Assembly (NCBI GenBank): GCA_027592275.1
Contig: JAQCKF010000010.1
Coordinates: 12,972-76,971, forward strand
Reading direction: 5' to 3'
DNA: 64,000 nt
Source: Pseudomonadota bacterium
GTDB lineage: Bacteria > Pseudomonadota > Gammaproteobacteria > Pseudomonadales > Pseudohongiellaceae
The notes under the pieces are model-generated. The model was not told where the DNA came from. It made no database searches and saw only the letters and a list, made by a program, of their open reading frames with translations. How positions within the stretch are numbered: position 1 is the stretch's first letter; every line of letters begins with the position of its first letter. Both the position numbers and the translations under genes were made by a program. This document shows, in pieces, positions 29,365-37,535 of the stretch.

Positions 29365-29392
29365 CGTGCACCACTACATATAGTGGTGCACG
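29365..29392. promoter_or_regulatory. perfect 28-bp palindrome CGTGCACCACTA-CATA-TAGTGGTGCACG
   Basis: 12-bp perfect arms, 22 nt beyond the argF stop, with no following U-run on the argF strand. The core CCACTACATATAGTGG matches 13/16 of the NrdR-box consensus. Confidence 0.5.
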
Positions 29393-29413
29393 AATCGGCA
29401 ATAATCCGTCAAA

Positions 29414-30310
29414 CTACTGGGTAAGAAGGAACTCGATAAGTGCTTTCTGAGAATGCATGCGGTTTTCTGCCTCATCCCATACCACGCTGTCTTGCGCATC
29501 GAGAACTGAGGCGCTTACTTCCTCTCCTCGATGTGCTGGAAGGCAGTGCATGAATAGCGCGTCGGAATTCGCGAGAGCCATCAACTGCGCATCTACCTGA
29601 AACCCGGCGAAACTCGCAAGACGCTGATTCTTTTCCTCTTCCTGGCCCATGGAGGCCCATACATCGGTGACAACTAAATCTGCGCCAAGCACTGCTGTCT
29701 TGGGATCTCGACTAAGCTGGATACGATTCTTGTGCGTATTGACCAATTCAGCGTTTGGCTCGAAGCCCTCAGGGCTGGCAATGTTAAGTTGAAAATCGAA
29801 CTTGTCGGCTGCATTGATGTAGGAGTGGCACATATTATTGCCATCACCTATCCAGGCAACTGTCTTGCCGGCTATGCTTGAGCGATGTTCAACATAGGTC
29901 TGTACGTCGGCGAGTAACTGGCAGGGATGAAAGTCATCGGTAAGCGCGTTGATGACAGGTACGCTGGAATATTCTGCAAAGCGCACTAGCTTCTCATGCT
30001 CGAATGTACGTATAGCAACACAATCCACCATGCCAGCAAGCACGCGTGCGCTATCTTCGATAGGCTCGCCTCTGCCAAGTTGTGAGTCTGCATTGGCAAG
30101 AAACACAGCAGAGCCATCGAGTTGGTTCATAGCTACTTCGAACGCGAGCCTAGTTCTTGTCGAAGATTTTTCGAAAATTAGTCCTAGCGTCTTCCTCGGC
30201 TGCATGACTGCTAATTCTGGATTCTTCTTCAGTTCGCTGGCACGTTGAATAATATGATTCAATTCATCGCTGCTGAAGTCCTGCAGGGTAAGAAAATGTT
30301 TTACACTCAT
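29414..30310 (-). CDS. argF: ornithine carbamoyltransferase
   Basis: Motifs [20 protein letters not shown] and [11 protein letters not shown]. Confidence 0.93.
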   Translation of the reverse strand: MSVKHFLTLQDFSSDELNHIIQRASELKKNPELAVMQPRKTLGLIFEKSSTRTRLAFEVAMNQLDGSAVFLANADSQLGRGEPIEDSARVLAGMVDCVAIRTFEHEKLVRFAEYSSVPVINALTDDFHPCQLLADVQTYVEHRSSIAGKTVAWIGDGNNMCHSYINAADKFDFQLNIASPEGFEPNAELVNTHKNRIQLSRDPKTAVLGADLVVTDVWASMGQEEEKNQRLASFAGFQVDAQLMALANSDALFMHCLPAHRGEEVSASVLDAQDSVVWDEAENRMHSQKALIEFLLTQ

Positions 30311-30481
30311 CGATTGTGTCTGCTTATGGAGTATTGGTAGTTTCCGAGCTCAGATATATTGACCAAGTTTGCTGGTCGTGATGAATTCGCTGAGCCAAAA
30401 ACTAAAAAAGGCAGCTCGCGCCACCTGTTGAATGATCGCATTTTAACTAGAACTGTTAGTCGAGGCAATTGTCCGGTGGAT

Positions 30482-30541
30482 TTGAGTGAGTAATTGAGTA
30501 GGTAATTGAGTAGGTAATTGAATAACTAATTGGATAGCAAA
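30482..30541. repeat. five tandem 12-bp units (TTGAGTGAGTAA, TTGAGTAGGTAA x2, TTGAATAACTAA, TTGGATAGCAAA)
   Basis: Read directly. Ends 2 nt before the hyuB ATG and begins 171 nt from the argF start. Stop codons occur in all three plus-strand frames. Confidence 0.9.
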
Positions 30542-30543
30542 GT

Positions 30544-32103
30544 ATGAACCCAATAGAACTAAAGCTCTTTTCCAGTCGCGTCTCAGCGATTTGCGATGAG
30601 ATGGGCACCGTGCTTCGGCGCACGGCGTTTTCGCCGAATATTAAGGACCGCTTGGATTTTTCCTGCGCCTTGTTCTCAAAAAGCGGCAAGCTCTTCGCGC
30701 AGGCGGCGCATATACCTGTGCATCTGGGTAGCATGGCGTTCGCAATGCAATCGATAGTCGAGAATAGGCAATGGAGCAGCGGCGATATGCTGGTGCTCAA
30801 CGATCCCTATTTAGGGGGAACTCACCTGCCCGATGTAACCTTAATTGCGCCAGTCTTTGTCGAGCAGGGGCGGTGTTTAATAGGGTTTGTTGCAAACAGG
30901 GCGCATCACGCAAATATTGGCTGTGATACGCCCGGCTCGATGCCTATTTCTTCGAGCTTGGAGGAGGAAGGGCTGATAATTCCGCCAACACTGTTATTCA
31001 AGTCTGGGCAATTGCAGCAGGAGGCGCTCTCGCTTTTAGAGATTCAAGGGGGTTCGTTGAGTGGAGACTTCGCCGCACAGGCCGGCTCCAATAAACTTGG
31101 CGTGCAGCGACTACAGGAGTTGTTAACGACGATGAGCATCAAGGACTACGAGCAGGGCATGGATGAATTGAATGACTACGCTGATCGCATTACTGCCAAT
31201 ACAATTGCTGGATTGCAAGTGGGGGAGTATCGCTTCACAGATTACTTGGATGATGATGGTTGCGGCCAGTCGAATATAAAGCTGGCGCTTACACTGCGAA
31301 TTAAGCCAGATCACTTGGAGTTGGACTTTCGCGACAGCTCGGAACAGGTAGCTGGGAACTTGAATTGCCCAGAATCCGTGGCGGCGGCGGCAGCATTCTA
31401 TTGCGTGCGCTGCCTCTTACCAGAAGACCCTCCTGCTTGTGAGGGGCTGTTTCGACGAATCCATCTGCAGACTAGGGCGGGTTCAATAGTAAATGCCAAT
31501 CGACCAGCGGCAGTAGCCGCCGGTAACGTGGAAACATCTAGTCGCCTCGTTGATGTGGTCTTCGGAGCCTTGGCAAAGGCACTGCCAGATAGGATTCCTG
31601 CAGCGAGTCAGGGCACCATGAACAACGTAGCCATGGGTCATATTGATGCCGAGACGGGAGCTCGCTGGGATTATTACGAGACGCTGGCCGGCGGAATTGG
31701 CGGCGGACCAAATACAGCAGGTCGAGATGCGGTGCACAGCCACATGACAAATACCTTGAACACTCCAGTGGAGAGTTTGGAAATGCACTACCCGCTGCGT
31801 GTGCATCGTTATGCAGTTCGCCAGGACAGTGGCGGCAAGGGTAAACATGGCGGCGGGGCAGGCATTGTTCGTGAGTATGAATTTCTTGATCAAGCCCAGC
31901 TGACTCTGCTTAGCGAGCGTCGGCTAATCGCTCCATGGGGCCTTAACGAAGGAGGCGAGGGCATGAAGGGAAGGAATTCTTTGAATGGCAAAACTCTTCC
32001 GGGAAAGTGTTCTATCGCTGTAAAGAAGGGGGATCGATTGCTTATAGAAACGCCGGGTGGCGGGGCATGGGGAGAGCCCACTCTCTTGAAATTCCCTATC
32101 TAG
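30544..32103 (+). CDS. hydantoinase B / oxoprolinase family protein
   Basis: N-terminus MNPIELKLFSSRVSAICDEMGTVLRRTAFSPNIKDRLDFSCALF is typical of HyuB/OplaH B-subunits. 519 aa. Confidence 0.88.
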   Translation: MNPIELKLFSSRVSAICDEMGTVLRRTAFSPNIKDRLDFSCALFSKSGKLFAQAAHIPVHLGSMAFAMQSIVENRQWSSGDMLVLNDPYLGGTHLPDVTLIAPVFVEQGRCLIGFVANRAHHANIGCDTPGSMPISSSLEEEGLIIPPTLLFKSGQLQQEALSLLEIQGGSLSGDFAAQAGSNKLGVQRLQELLTTMSIKDYEQGMDELNDYADRITANTIAGLQVGEYRFTDYLDDDGCGQSNIKLALTLRIKPDHLELDFRDSSEQVAGNLNCPESVAAAAAFYCVRCLLPEDPPACEGLFRRIHLQTRAGSIVNANRPAAVAAGNVETSSRLVDVVFGALAKALPDRIPAASQGTMNNVAMGHIDAETGARWDYYETLAGGIGGGPNTAGRDAVHSHMTNTLNTPVESLEMHYPLRVHRYAVRQDSGGKGKHGGGAGIVREYEFLDQAQLTLLSERRLIAPWGLNEGGEGMKGRNSLNGKTLPGKCSIAVKKGDRLLIETPGGGAWGEPTLLKFPI

Positions 32104-32133
32104 TCTCCACTTCTTTAGCCGGAGGCGGTCTTA

Positions 32134-32265
32134 ATGCCGAATTCTGAAACGAAGCAAGCAGCTATACTGACAAAACGCTATAGCCGTTGTAAACTCTGCG
32201 TTCGCGAGGAGTTTTCGGAAGAGACGCTGAACAGCACTTTAAATAAGCTATTAATAGGTAAATGA
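32134..32265 (+). CDS. possible 43-aa small protein upstream of grxD
   Basis: Not in ORF track (<60 aa). GGAGG 8 nt upstream of ATG 32134. The stop lies 10 nt before the grxD ATG. Sequence MPNSETKQAAILTKRYSRCKLCVREEFSEETLNSTLNKLLIGK. No family recognised. Confidence 0.3.
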   Translation: MPNSETKQAAILTKRYSRCKLCVREEFSEETLNSTLNKLLIGK

Positions 32266-32275
32266 GGCAGTACTA

Positions 32276-32596
32276 ATGAGCATTGAAGAAACTATCAAAG
32301 AGCAAATCGATTCCAATAGCATTCTGCTCTACATGAAGGGTAACCCTGAACAGCCTCAGTGTGGCTTTTCATCGCAGGTAACACAATTATTGATGTCTTG
32401 CGGCAAGCGCTTTGCCTATGTCGATATTTTGGCTAATCCAGATGTGCGCTCTACGTTGCCATCTATTTCAAATTGGCCGACATTCCCGCAATTGTTTGTC
32501 AAGGGCGAACTGGTAGGTGGTTGCGATATCATCACTGAGATGCATGAGAAAGGAGAATTACAGGCTTTGGTTGATACAGTAGAAGACGACTCTTAA
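32276..32596 (+). CDS. grxD: monothiol glutaredoxin (Grx4 family)
   Basis: CGFS active site and WPTFPQLFVKGELVGGCDI. Confidence 0.93.
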   Translation: MSIEETIKEQIDSNSILLYMKGNPEQPQCGFSSQVTQLLMSCGKRFAYVDILANPDVRSTLPSISNWPTFPQLFVKGELVGGCDIITEMHEKGELQALVDTVEDDS

Positions 32597-32687
32597 GTTC
32601 AGTTGAAGCACTGCTATCGATCTATCGACTAAGAAGAAGTGATTTTCAAACTACTGCATGCTGGCCTAGCTAAGTCGTTTTAGCTAT

Positions 32688-33338
32688 TTACTTCTTACCA
32701 AGAGGCCAGCCTCCTAGCTCCTGCCAAGTATTAACGATCTGACAATACAGTTCGGCTGTCTTATGTGCATCGTACCGTGCGGAGTGTGCCTCGTCATTGT
32801 CGAAGTCAATTCCCGCCACCTCACACGCCCTGGCCAGAACAGTCTGCCCAAATGCCAAGCCGCTAAGTGTGGCCGTGTCGAAACAAGAGAAAGGATGAAA
32901 CGGGTTTCTCTTGAAGTTGTGCCTTTCACTGGCGGCATTCACAAACCCTAGATCGAAGTGTGCGTTGTGACCGACCAATATGGCACGCTTACAATGATTG
33001 GCTTTCACCGCGTCGCGGATCATGTCAAACATCGTTTGCATAACCTCTCTCTCTGGTCGCGCGATGCGAAGCGGATGAAAAGGATCTATGCCGGTGAATT
33101 TCAGTGCAGCTTCTTCGAGCTTTAAGCCCTCAAAGGGAATGACGCGCTGGAAGAAATTTTGTTTGATGTCAATAATTCCCTTCTCATCCATGCCCAGTAT
33201 CACGGCGGATATTTCTAGGATTGCATCTGTCTGCGAATTAAACCCGCCAGTTTCTATATCGACTACCACTGGTAGGAATGTACGAAACCTATTCGCGAGC
33301 AGGTAATTCTCCTCCTCTTCTGAGTCCGAGTCGTTCAT
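32688..33338 (-). CDS. rnt: ribonuclease T
   Basis: DEDDh exonuclease motifs ([23 protein letters not shown]). Start overlaps the pyrC stop by 4 nt. Confidence 0.93.
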   Translation of the reverse strand: MNDSDSEEEENYLLANRFRTFLPVVVDIETGGFNSQTDAILEISAVILGMDEKGIIDIKQNFFQRVIPFEGLKLEEAALKFTGIDPFHPLRIARPEREVMQTMFDMIRDAVKANHCKRAILVGHNAHFDLGFVNAASERHNFKRNPFHPFSCFDTATLSGLAFGQTVLARACEVAGIDFDNDEAHSARYDAHKTAELYCQIVNTWQELGGWPLGKK

Positions 33339-34384
33339 TGTGTTGCCTCTTCTACGGACCAGGAGATGGACTCGTTTGCGCGCATGGGTATGACACTGCC
33401 GCTGCCGAGTAAGAATTCGGCCGGTACAGTGCTGGGGATTTTTCTAAGTGTGATTTTAGCCTGATTGCGGGGCAAATTGTAAAAATCGGCACCGAAGAAA
33501 CTCGCGAAGCCTTCCAGTTTGTCTAGTGCATCCGCTGCCTCGAAGACCTCTGCATAGAGCTCAAGAGCGGCATGGGCAGAATAAATCCCGGCACAGCCGC
33601 AGGAAGTCTCTTTGGTTTCTATTGAGTGTGGTGCAGAATCAGTGCCAAGGAAAAACTTTGGGTTTCCGCCAGTGGCGGCTGTAATGAGAGCGCGTTGATG
33701 GATGTTTCTTTTCAGTATTGGCAAACAATAAAAGTGAGGCCTGACCCCGCCGACCAAGAGGTCATTTCGATTGAGTAGCAAGTGATGCGGGGTAATCGTG
33801 GCAGCTATGTTTTCGCTTTGCCCTGTTACAAACTCTACGGCATCTTTAGTGGTGATGTGTTCGAGGACAATCTTTAACTCTGGAAATCTTTGTGTCAACG
33901 GTGCGAGGACCGTCTCTATAAATATGCGTTCTCTATCGAAGATGTCTACCTCGATATCGGTGACTTCGCCATGGATAAGAAGTGGCAAGCCAACTTCTGC
34001 CATCTTCTCTATTGCGGGATAGACACATTCGAGCTCGGCCACTCCGCTTTCCGAATTGGTAGTTGCCCCTGCAGGATAGAACTTGATTCCCGCTAGGCAG
34101 TCTTCTTCGTGTGCTCGTTGTACTTCCTGCGAACTCAGTTGATCAGTAAGATAGAGGGTCATAAGGGGATCAAAAACGCTACCCTGTGGCACGTAGGAAA
34201 TAATTCGCTGCCTATAGGATAACGCCTGCTCCACGGTGGTTACCGGCGGCTTAAGGTTGGGCATGACGATTGCCCTGCTAAAAACTCGCGCGCTATGGGC
34301 AACGGTAGTCTTGAGTACCTCACCGTCGCGCAGATGTAAGTGCCAGTCATCGGGCTGGGTAATGCTGAGAGTTGTGAGGCTCAT
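33335..34384 (-). CDS. pyrC: dihydroorotase (class II, homodimeric type)
   Basis: [10 protein letters not shown] metal-binding motif, 349 aa, E. coli-type PyrC architecture. Confidence 0.95.
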   Translation of the reverse strand: MSLTTLSITQPDDWHLHLRDGEVLKTTVAHSARVFSRAIVMPNLKPPVTTVEQALSYRQRIISYVPQGSVFDPLMTLYLTDQLSSQEVQRAHEEDCLAGIKFYPAGATTNSESGVAELECVYPAIEKMAEVGLPLLIHGEVTDIEVDIFDRERIFIETVLAPLTQRFPELKIVLEHITTKDAVEFVTGQSENIAATITPHHLLLNRNDLLVGGVRPHFYCLPILKRNIHQRALITAATGGNPKFFLGTDSAPHSIETKETSCGCAGIYSAHAALELYAEVFEAADALDKLEGFASFFGADFYNLPRNQAKITLRKIPSTVPAEFLLGSGSVIPMRANESISWSVEEATQ

Positions 34385-34470
34385 TGATGCGTGCTTCTGT
34401 GTCTTCGAAGGCGAGATTGCTAAGCTATTGTAACGGAATTAGGGAGACAGCTGAATTATCTATTTAGTCG

Positions 34471-34700
34471 ATGCTGAAAAGTCATCCCTGACTTTTCAGC
34501 ATGTCGTGCACCAAAAGCTGGTGCGAAAGTGTCATTTCACTTGCTTTTGGCGCATTCGCATTGCCCTGAGCGGGCAATGGTTGCACATCCGATGTGCAAC
34601 GCGCATCGACCAGAAAAACGCATGCAGCCGCAGTTTTCTGATCGGTATTTTAGCGATATCCGGAGCTAAGTGATTGAAATCACTATCGAGGTGCATTTTT
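34471..34700. other. array of six to seven consecutive stem-loops (candidate structured RNA or palindromic-element cluster)
   Basis: Stems read directly: 34471-34502 (14-bp perfect), 34508-34524, 34527-34542, 34559-34579, 34580-34600, 34607-34644 (imperfect), 34669-34684. T6 tract at 34695-34700. Confidence 0.6.
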
Positions 34701-34786
34701 TAGGTTTGACTATTTAAGCCGAATTACCCCACTGCCCTCAATAGTTTCGAATTAGCGCGTTAGTAGTGATCAGCAGGGGCCGTTGG

Positions 34787-34797
34787 TGCTAGAATAC
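34787..34797 (+). promoter_or_regulatory. extended -10 promoter candidate for argG (TGCTAGAATAC)
   Basis: TGnTAGAAT about 145 nt upstream of the argG ATG. The leader contains hairpins at 34811-34842 and 34862-34889. Confidence 0.4.
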
Positions 34798-34940
34798 GCG
34801 TCCTTTTTCGTGCCAAGGCCGGTAATCTCTGGCCTTGGTGCATTTGCAAACACTCTTTCAGTTTAGGGGTGGCAATTGCCGCGCCTAAAGTTGATTTGTT
34901 CTGGTTTTAGCCAGAGTGACTAGGAATTTGGAGTATCGTT

Positions 34941-36152
34941 ATGTCAGATATAAACAAAGTGGTTTTAGCATATTCGGGGGGTCTTGATACCTCGGTAATC
35001 GCGAAATGGTTGCAGCAGACCTATGACTGCGAAGTGGTGACTTTCACGGCCGACATCGGTCAGGGAGAAGAGGTGGAGCCAGCGCGGTTGAAAGCCGAAG
35101 CTATGGGCATTAAGGAAATTTATATAGAAGACCTGCGTGAAGAGTTCGTGCGCGACTATGTAAATCCGATGTTTCGTGCGAATGCCGTGTATGAAGGCGA
35201 ATATTTGTTAGGCACTTCCATCGCCCGGCCATTAATTGCTAAGCGACTCGTAGAAATCGCGGCCGAGACTAGTGCCGATGCTATTTCCCACGGAGCGACG
35301 GGAAAAGGAAACGATCAGGTACGATTCGAGCTCGGCGCTTACGCACTTAGTCCTGGCATCAAAGTAATCGCGCCATGGCGAACTTGGGATCTGAATTCGA
35401 GAGACAAATTACTGACCTATTGCGCGCAGAACAACATCTCCGTGGAGAAGAAGCTCGGAACGAAATCGCCTTATTCCATGGATGCTAATCTACTTCATAT
35501 CTCCTACGAAGGTGGCGTGCTGGAAGACCCAGGTGCGGAGCCCGAGGAAGAAATGTGGCTTTGGTCTGTCTCGCCTGAAGCGGCACCGGATGTTGCCACT
35601 TATATCGAATTGGAATACGAGCGTGGTGATATTGTGGCAATAGATGGCGAGAAGATGTCTCCTGCCACAGTGTTGGCAGAACTCAATCGCGTCGGTGGAG
35701 CAAACGGAATCGGCAGAGCAGACATAGTCGAGAATCGCTATGTAGGCATGAAGTCACGTGGCTGCTATGAGACTCCGGGCGGCACTATTATGCTGAAAGG
35801 GCATCGCGCGATTGAATCCTTGACCCTCGATCGTGAGCTAGCGCACCTGAAGGATGATTTGATGCCCCGCTATGCGACCTTGATTTATAACGGCTATTGG
35901 TTCTCTCCGGAGCGAATCGCATTGCAGACTCTTATCGATGAGTCGCAGAAGTTCGTATATGGCAAGGTAAGACTTAAGCTCTACAAGGGTAATGTGGTCG
36001 TGGTGGGCAGAGAATCTCAGCACTCTTTGTTCGATGAAGAAATCGCAACATTCGAAGATGACGCCGGCGCCTACAATCAAGGAGATGCCGAAGGCTTTAT
36101 TAAACTCAATGCCTTGCGACTCAGAATCGCTGCGCAGAAGGGGCGATTGTAA
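34941..36152 (+). CDS. argG: argininosuccinate synthase
   Basis: [12 protein letters not shown]-binding motif. 403 aa, type I ArgG. Confidence 0.97.
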   Translation: MSDINKVVLAYSGGLDTSVIAKWLQQTYDCEVVTFTADIGQGEEVEPARLKAEAMGIKEIYIEDLREEFVRDYVNPMFRANAVYEGEYLLGTSIARPLIAKRLVEIAAETSADAISHGATGKGNDQVRFELGAYALSPGIKVIAPWRTWDLNSRDKLLTYCAQNNISVEKKLGTKSPYSMDANLLHISYEGGVLEDPGAEPEEEMWLWSVSPEAAPDVATYIELEYERGDIVAIDGEKMSPATVLAELNRVGGANGIGRADIVENRYVGMKSRGCYETPGGTIMLKGHRAIESLTLDRELAHLKDDLMPRYATLIYNGYWFSPERIALQTLIDESQKFVYGKVRLKLYKGNVVVVGRESQHSLFDEEIATFEDDAGAYNQGDAEGFIKLNALRLRIAAQKGRL

Positions 36153-36180
36153 GCGGCTACAACTTCACTCGTCGACTGGA

Positions 36181-36819
36181 TTATTCGGCGTAGACTTTCT
36201 TGCGAAACTCGCAAAGGTCTTCTACAACACAAGCTCCGCAACGGGGCTTGCGTGCCAGACAGACGTAGCGCCCATGCAAAATCAGCCAGTGATGAGCATC
36301 GAGTAAGAATTCCTCTGGTACTAACTTTATCAGCCGGCGTTCGACTTCCAGGACATTCTTCCCCGGCGCTATCCCAGTCCGATTCGATATCCTGAATATA
36401 TGTGTATCCACGGCCATAGCGATCTGGCGAAACGCGGTGTTCAGCACTACATTTGCAGTCTTTCTCCCAACGCCTGGAAGTGCTTCCAACAACTCTCTTT
36501 TATCTGGCACCACTGAATTATGTTCTTGTACTAAGATGTCGCAAGTCTTGATGACATTGACGGCTTTAGTATTAAACAGACCTATCGTTTTAATATACGG
36601 TTTTAGCCCGCTAACCCCGAGTGCAAATATTTTTTCGGGAGTATTTGCAATCGCGTAGAGTCTTTCCGTCGCCTTGTTTACGCTGATATCCGTCGCCTGC
36701 GCTGAAAGAATAACCGATATCAATAGCTCGAAGGTGCTGCTGTATTTTAGCTCGGTTTTGGGCTCTGGATTTTCGCGTCTAAGGCGCGAAAAAATCTCTG
36801 TTCTTTTTTCTTTATTCAT
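36181..36819 (-). CDS. nth: endonuclease III
   Basis: HhH-GPD (LPGVGRKTANVVL) and a C-terminal C-x6-C-x2-C-x5-C cluster (CLARKPRCGACVVEDLC). Follows the rnf genes, as in E. coli rsx-nth. Confidence 0.95.
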   Translation of the reverse strand: MNKEKRTEIFSRLRRENPEPKTELKYSSTFELLISVILSAQATDISVNKATERLYAIANTPEKIFALGVSGLKPYIKTIGLFNTKAVNVIKTCDILVQEHNSVVPDKRELLEALPGVGRKTANVVLNTAFRQIAMAVDTHIFRISNRTGIAPGKNVLEVERRLIKLVPEEFLLDAHHWLILHGRYVCLARKPRCGACVVEDLCEFRKKVYAE

Positions 36820-37535
36820 TCTTTGCTTAGCCTTCCAGTAACTCGCGCTCTTATAGCTGGCACAATCTTTTTCGATTCATCAAATGAAGTATTATTCCTT
36901 AGCTGTGAAAGTGAATTTAGTAATGCAACTAGCAAGCCTAACAATATAAGAACGCCTGCCTGTGTATTGGCAAATCGAAAGAAGTGAATATCGTCTAGAT
37001 TGCCTGGGACTGCGGAGAGTTCGCTACTCGTGGGAAGCAATAGTTGCCAGTTAGCGAAAATCGTTCCGCTAATTAGTAATTCCCTACAAAAAGCGAGTAG
37101 ACCCAATGCAATTAGAAATCCGAATCCGGTTTTTGCTGCATCGCGTGCGGCGATGGGCCAGGTGGATTGTCCGGAGACTGTCTCTATGCGAATTAAGATA
37201 GCAACGTTACAGCAAATAAGGGGAATGTAGATGCCAAGTTTTAAAAACAGAGGATAGAAGTAAAGTTGGCATATTGTTTCTACTATGGTGGTGTAACTAG
37301 CGAGTATCAACATATACCAAACAAGGCGCCATTTGTGCGGAATAGTCCCCTTTAAAAGAGAGGCAGTAAGGCAGGAAAGGACGCAGACAAAAAATGTCGC
37401 GACACCGAGCCCGATGCCGTGGGAAAAAGTGCTAGAAACTGCCAACACAGGGCTCAGACCTAGTAGTTGTATCAGCACAGAGTTGTTCTCCCAAAACATG
37501 CCTTCCCTTTCTGCTTGAATCTCTAAATCATTCAC
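36816..37535 (-). CDS. rnfE: Rnf electron transport complex subunit E
   Basis: FWENNSVLIQLLGLSPVLAVSS matches the RnfE/NqrD N-terminal signature. The GTG start overlaps the rnfD TGA (GTGA). Confidence 0.9.
   Translation of the reverse strand: MNDLEIQAEREGMFWENNSVLIQLLGLSPVLAVSSTFSHGIGLGVATFFVCVLSCLTASLLKGTIPHKWRLVWYMLILASYTTIVETICQLYFYPLFLKLGIYIPLICCNVAILIRIETVSGQSTWPIAARDAAKTGFGFLIALGLLAFCRELLISGTIFANWQLLLPTSSELSAVPGNLDDIHFFRFANTQAGVLILLGLLVALLNSLSQLRNNTSFDESKKIVPAIRARVTGRLSKE

Noticed and set aside
30311-30481. E. coli-type ARG boxes or Pseudomonas ArgR sites in the argF upstream region (also checked at argG)
   Set aside because: TGAATGATCGCATTT and TGAATAACTAATTGG have only one good half-site each, and there are no paired 18-bp boxes. 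TGTCG(T/C) repeats near argG have the wrong spacing.
29200-30541. Tandem repeat blocks considered as a CRISPR array
   Set aside because: The units are 11-12 bp and contiguous, without spacers. There are no cas genes and no repeat of 24 bp or more.
30456-30800. 114-aa minus-strand ORF containing SITYSITYSIT
   Set aside because: It is an artefact of the 12-bp tandem repeat being open in the minus frames. It is antisense to the well-supported hyuB start and has no SD or recognisable domain.
34811-34840. PyrR-binding-loop-like sequence (CCAGAGA) on the minus strand of the argG leader hairpin
   Set aside because: Only 7 nt match the ARUCCAGAGAGGYU consensus. It lies about 430 nt upstream of pyrC, and PyrR attenuation is a Gram-positive mechanism.
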